Origin: Mycobacterium tuberculosis H37Rv
GTDB taxonomy: Bacteria > Actinomycetota > Actinomycetes > Mycobacteriales > Mycobacteriaceae
Assembly: GCF_000195955.2 (NCBI RefSeq)
Contig: NC_000962.3
Location: 1,560,001 to 1,592,000 of the forward strand
DNA: 32,000 nucleotides
Direction: 5' to 3'
Shown here piece by piece: positions 27,772 to 32,000 of this stretch. The translations under genes and the position numbers were made by a program. The number at the start of each line of letters is the position of its first letter. Within the stretch, counting starts at the first letter, position 1. The notes under the pieces are model-generated. The model did no database searches. It saw only the letters and a program-made list of their open reading frames with translations, and had not been told where the DNA came from.

Positions 27772-28482
27772 TCAGCTCACCGGGGGCTTCGTGACCTGGA
27801 CCTTCTCGCCCCATTTCGACAAGGTCATCTGGACGGAATTGCCCGAGCCGCGGTCCAACTGGGCCTGTGCCAGTTGATGATCGCCGGTCTCCTGAATCCA
27901 GACGGTCGCCGGCACCGGCTGCGTCGCGTTGAACGGCGGCGCTATCTGGTTCACCGCCTGTGCCGATACCTTCCCGCTGATGCGGATGGTGTTCTGGCCG
28001 TTGATGGTATCCCGCCCTTCGGCTTTTGCGTCGGCGAAATTCGCCAGCACGTTGGCCAGGCCGGTATCCGGATTCAGCACCTGGGCGGGGTCGTAGATGT
28101 CGGCGGCGGGACCGAAATCGCTCCACTGGTTGGGCGTCAGGGTGGCGTACAGGATCCCGTCGAACACCACGAAGTCGGCATCGATATCAGACCCACCCAG
28201 CGTGAGCTTGACGTTTCCCGTCGCGGCGGTGGGGTTGGTGGTGAGATCGCCGCTCAGCGTCTTCAGAGACAGTCCCGGGATCTTGCCGTTGACCGTCAGC
28301 ACCATGTGCGCGCTCTTGAGAGCCTTGGTCTGCGCGGTGGCCTCCTCGACCAGCGGCTTCGCGTCCGGAAGTGGTCCGCCGCTTGGCTTCGAGCCCGACG
28401 AGCAGCCGGCAACGACAGTGGCGGCGATGCTAACGGCGGCGAGGACGGCGATGCGACGGCAGTGGCGTCTGGGGGTCCGCAT
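27772..28482 (-). CDS. lprG: lipoprotein LprG (LppX/LprAFG family), 236 aa
   Basis: The signal peptide with lipobox reads [29 protein letters not shown]. It is followed directly by p55 in an operon. Confidence 0.9.
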
Positions 28483-28554
28483 ACCCTGCATCGTAGAGGG
28501 TGTCTGTGAGTTGGCCGGTCGGCGAGTGGGGTGCGGGTCCGCGGGATTGCTGCC

Positions 28555-28560
28555 TAACCT
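28555..28560 (+). promoter_or_regulatory. candidate -10 hexamer TAACCT placed for a leaderless ribC mRNA
   Basis: TAACCT (TANNNT) lies at exactly -12..-7 relative to the A of the ribC ATG (28567). No Shine-Dalgarno is present. Confidence 0.4.
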
Positions 28561-28566
28561 GGTGCG

Positions 28567-29172
28567 ATGTTCACCGGAATTGTTGAGGAACGCGGAGAAG
28601 TGACCGGGCGTGAGGCCCTGGTCGATGCGGCGCGGCTGACCATCCGCGGTCCGATGGTTACCGCCGACGCCGGCCACGGCGACTCGATCGCTGTCAACGG
28701 CGTGTGTCTGACGGTCGTCGATGTATTGCCCGACGGCCAATTCACCGCCGACGTGATGGCCGAGACACTGAACCGGTCCAACCTGGGTGAGCTACGGCCC
28801 GGCAGCCGGGTGAACCTGGAACGCGCCGCGGCGCTGGGCAGCCGGCTCGGCGGGCACATCGTGCAGGGACATGTGGACGCCACCGGTGAAATCGTGGCGC
28901 GTTGTCCCTCCGAGCACTGGGAAGTGGTGCGCATCGAGATGCCGGCTTCGGTGGCTCGCTATGTCGTCGAAAAGGGCTCGATCACCGTCGACGGGATTTC
29001 TCTGACGGTCTCCGGGCTCGGCGCCGAACAGCGGGACTGGTTTGAGGTCTCGCTGATCCCGACGACCCGGGAGCTGACCACGCTGGGGTCCGCTGCGGTG
29101 GGAACCCGGGTGAACCTCGAAGTCGACGTAGTCGCAAAGTATGTTGAGCGGTTAATGCGGAGCGCCGGCTGA
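28567..29172 (+). CDS. ribC: riboflavin synthase alpha chain (RibE; annotated ribC in M. tuberculosis)
   Basis: Begins with the [12 protein letters not shown] signature N-terminus. It has the internally duplicated barrel (second repeat [15 protein letters not shown]). Confidence 0.9.
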
Positions 29173-29198
29173 CATCGCTCGCCGAGGGAGGGAGCCCC

Positions 29199-29375
29199 AT
29201 GTCTTGCATTCCGGACGAGATCGATACGCCCGACGTGCTGATCGACCGCGACATCCTTGACCGCAACATCGGGCGAATGAGTTCCGCCGTCGCCGCGAAA
29301 GGGATCGCCCTGCGTCCCCACGTGAAGACGCACAAGCTGCCTGAGATCGCCCATATGCAACTCCGCGCGGGCGCG
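29199..29375 (+). pseudogene. fragment A (frame 0) of a disrupted D-serine dehydratase / D-threonine aldolase-like PLP enzyme gene
   Basis: A strong Shine-Dalgarno (GAGGGAGGGAG) precedes ATG 29199. The product DTPDVLIDRDILDRNIGRM...[22 protein letters not shown] is the alanine-racemase-fold N-terminus with the PLP-lysine motif. Homology then continues in the +1 frame. Confidence 0.7.
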
Positions 29376-29385
29376 CGGCCTGACG

Positions 29386-29901
29386 GTGGCCACCATCGGG
29401 GAAGTCGAGGTATTCGTCGACCACGGCGCCGACGACGTATTCATCACCTACCCATTGTGGATCGGCACACGCCAAGCCGACCGGCTCCGTCAGCTGGCTG
29501 ACCGCGCTCGCATCGCTGTCGGTGCGGGCACCGCCGAGGGCGCTTCGAACACCGGCGCACGGCTCGCAGACGCCGCTGGCGCGATCGATGTTCTCATCGA
29601 AATCGACAGTGGCCATCACCGCAGCGGCGTCCGTGCCGAACAAGTGTTGGAGGTCGCCCACGCCGTCGGTGAGGCTGGGCTTCACCTGGTGGGGGTGTTC
29701 ACCTTCCCCGGTCACAGTTATGCGCCAGGTAAACCCGGCGAAGCCGGCGAGCAAGAGCGGCGCGCTCTCAACGACGCGGCGAACGCGCTGGTCGCGGTGG
29801 GCTTCCCGATCAGCTGCCGCAGCGGTGGGTCCACTCCCACCGCATTGCTCACCGCCGCGGACGGGGCCTCCGAGACGTCCCGGCGTCTATGTGCTCGGTG
29901 A
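29386..29901 (+). pseudogene. fragment B (frame +1) of the same disrupted gene (stand-alone 171-aa ORF, Rv1413-like)
   Basis: In this frame the sequence reads (R)[26 protein letters not shown]...[10 protein letters not shown]...VFTFPGHSY...SGGSTPT. That is the continuation of the same fold from codon 29377. The frame ends at TGA 29899-29901. Confidence 0.7.
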
Positions 29902-30292
29902 CGCCCAGCAACTGGAACTCGGGCGCTGCGCGCCGGCGGACATCGCGCTGACCGTTGCCGCCACCGTAGTGAGCCGCCAGGACTGCAGGTCCGGCTTGCG
30001 CCGAATTGTCCTTGACTGCGGTAGCAAGATTCTCGGCAGCGATCGTCCGGCCTGGGCGACTGGGTTCGGCCGTCTGATCGACCACGCCGATGCGCGCATC
30101 GCGGCGCTGTCGGAGCATCACGCCACCGTTGTCTGGCCCGACGACGCCCCGCTCCCGCCGGTGGGAACACGTCTGCGGGTGATTCCCAACCACGTGTGCC
30201 TGACCACCAACCTCGTAGATGATGTCGCCGTGGTGCGCGACGCAACCCTGATTGATCGCTGGAAAGTCGCCGCCCGCGGTAAGAACCATTGA
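29891..30292 (+). pseudogene. fragment C (frame +2) of the same disrupted gene (stand-alone 133-aa ORF, Rv1414-like)
   Basis: This frame reads [12 protein letters not shown]...LRVIPNHVCLTTNL from 29876, the C-terminal D-serine-dehydratase-like domain. GTG 29891 is the first available start. Confidence 0.7.
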
Positions 30293-30396
30293 TCCTGTCG
30301 CACTTGGTCACGGCAATACCGCCTGGCTCAATGGTTCATACTGAATGGAACACGTGGGCTTCGCGTGCGGCCAGGCCTGACAGCTAGGTAGCAAAG

Positions 30397-32000
<1,604 letters not shown>

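Noticed and set aside
27767-28126. The 638-aa version of the p55 ORF, and the 322-aa version of the lprG ORF (to 28740).
   Set aside because: The extensions overlap the upstream gene or the divergent ribC start. They encode Arg/Gly/Pro-rich sequence. The internal Met sites give a proper MFS N-terminus and a proper lipoprotein signal peptide respectively.
28483-28566. An FMN (RFN) riboswitch ahead of the riboflavin genes (also examined at 30293-30396 and 25150-25200), and a SAM riboswitch ahead of metK (6698-6824).
   Set aside because: I could not recognise the conserved FMN or SAM element cores by eye. The ribC gap is only 84 bp, and ribC looks leaderless. A covariance-model scan would be decisive.

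Overview
GC-rich actinobacterial chromosome. From gene order and translated proteins (recognition, not a search) this is the Mycobacterium tuberculosis complex region from carB to ribH (Rv1384-Rv1416 in H37Rv numbering). A conserved housekeeping backbone (carB, pyrF, mihF, gmk, rpoZ, coaBC, metK, priA, fmt, fmu, rpe, ribD, ribC, ribA2, ribH) is interrupted by accessory blocks. These are PE15/PPE20; a 9.4 kb block (BVMO, CYP132, AraC regulator, PE_PGRS25, VapBC10, two esterases, YhhN membrane protein); a MarR gene flanked by twin methyltransferases; the antisense lprG-p55 operon; and a broken PLP-enzyme gene. I found no tRNA, rRNA, CRISPR array, IS element or prophage, and no clear-cut new system. 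The best leads are: a possible P450/BVMO/esterase oxidation module; a PriA whose helicase ATPase motifs are degenerate; a D-serine-dehydratase-like gene split over three frames; a set of apparently leaderless gene starts, including a promoter-like 9-mer conserved between the esterase paralogues; a 19-nt block shared upstream of the twin methyltransferases; long hairpins between convergent genes; and two probable start-codon misassignments (mihF, YhhN protein). Promoter and structure calls are by-eye inferences.
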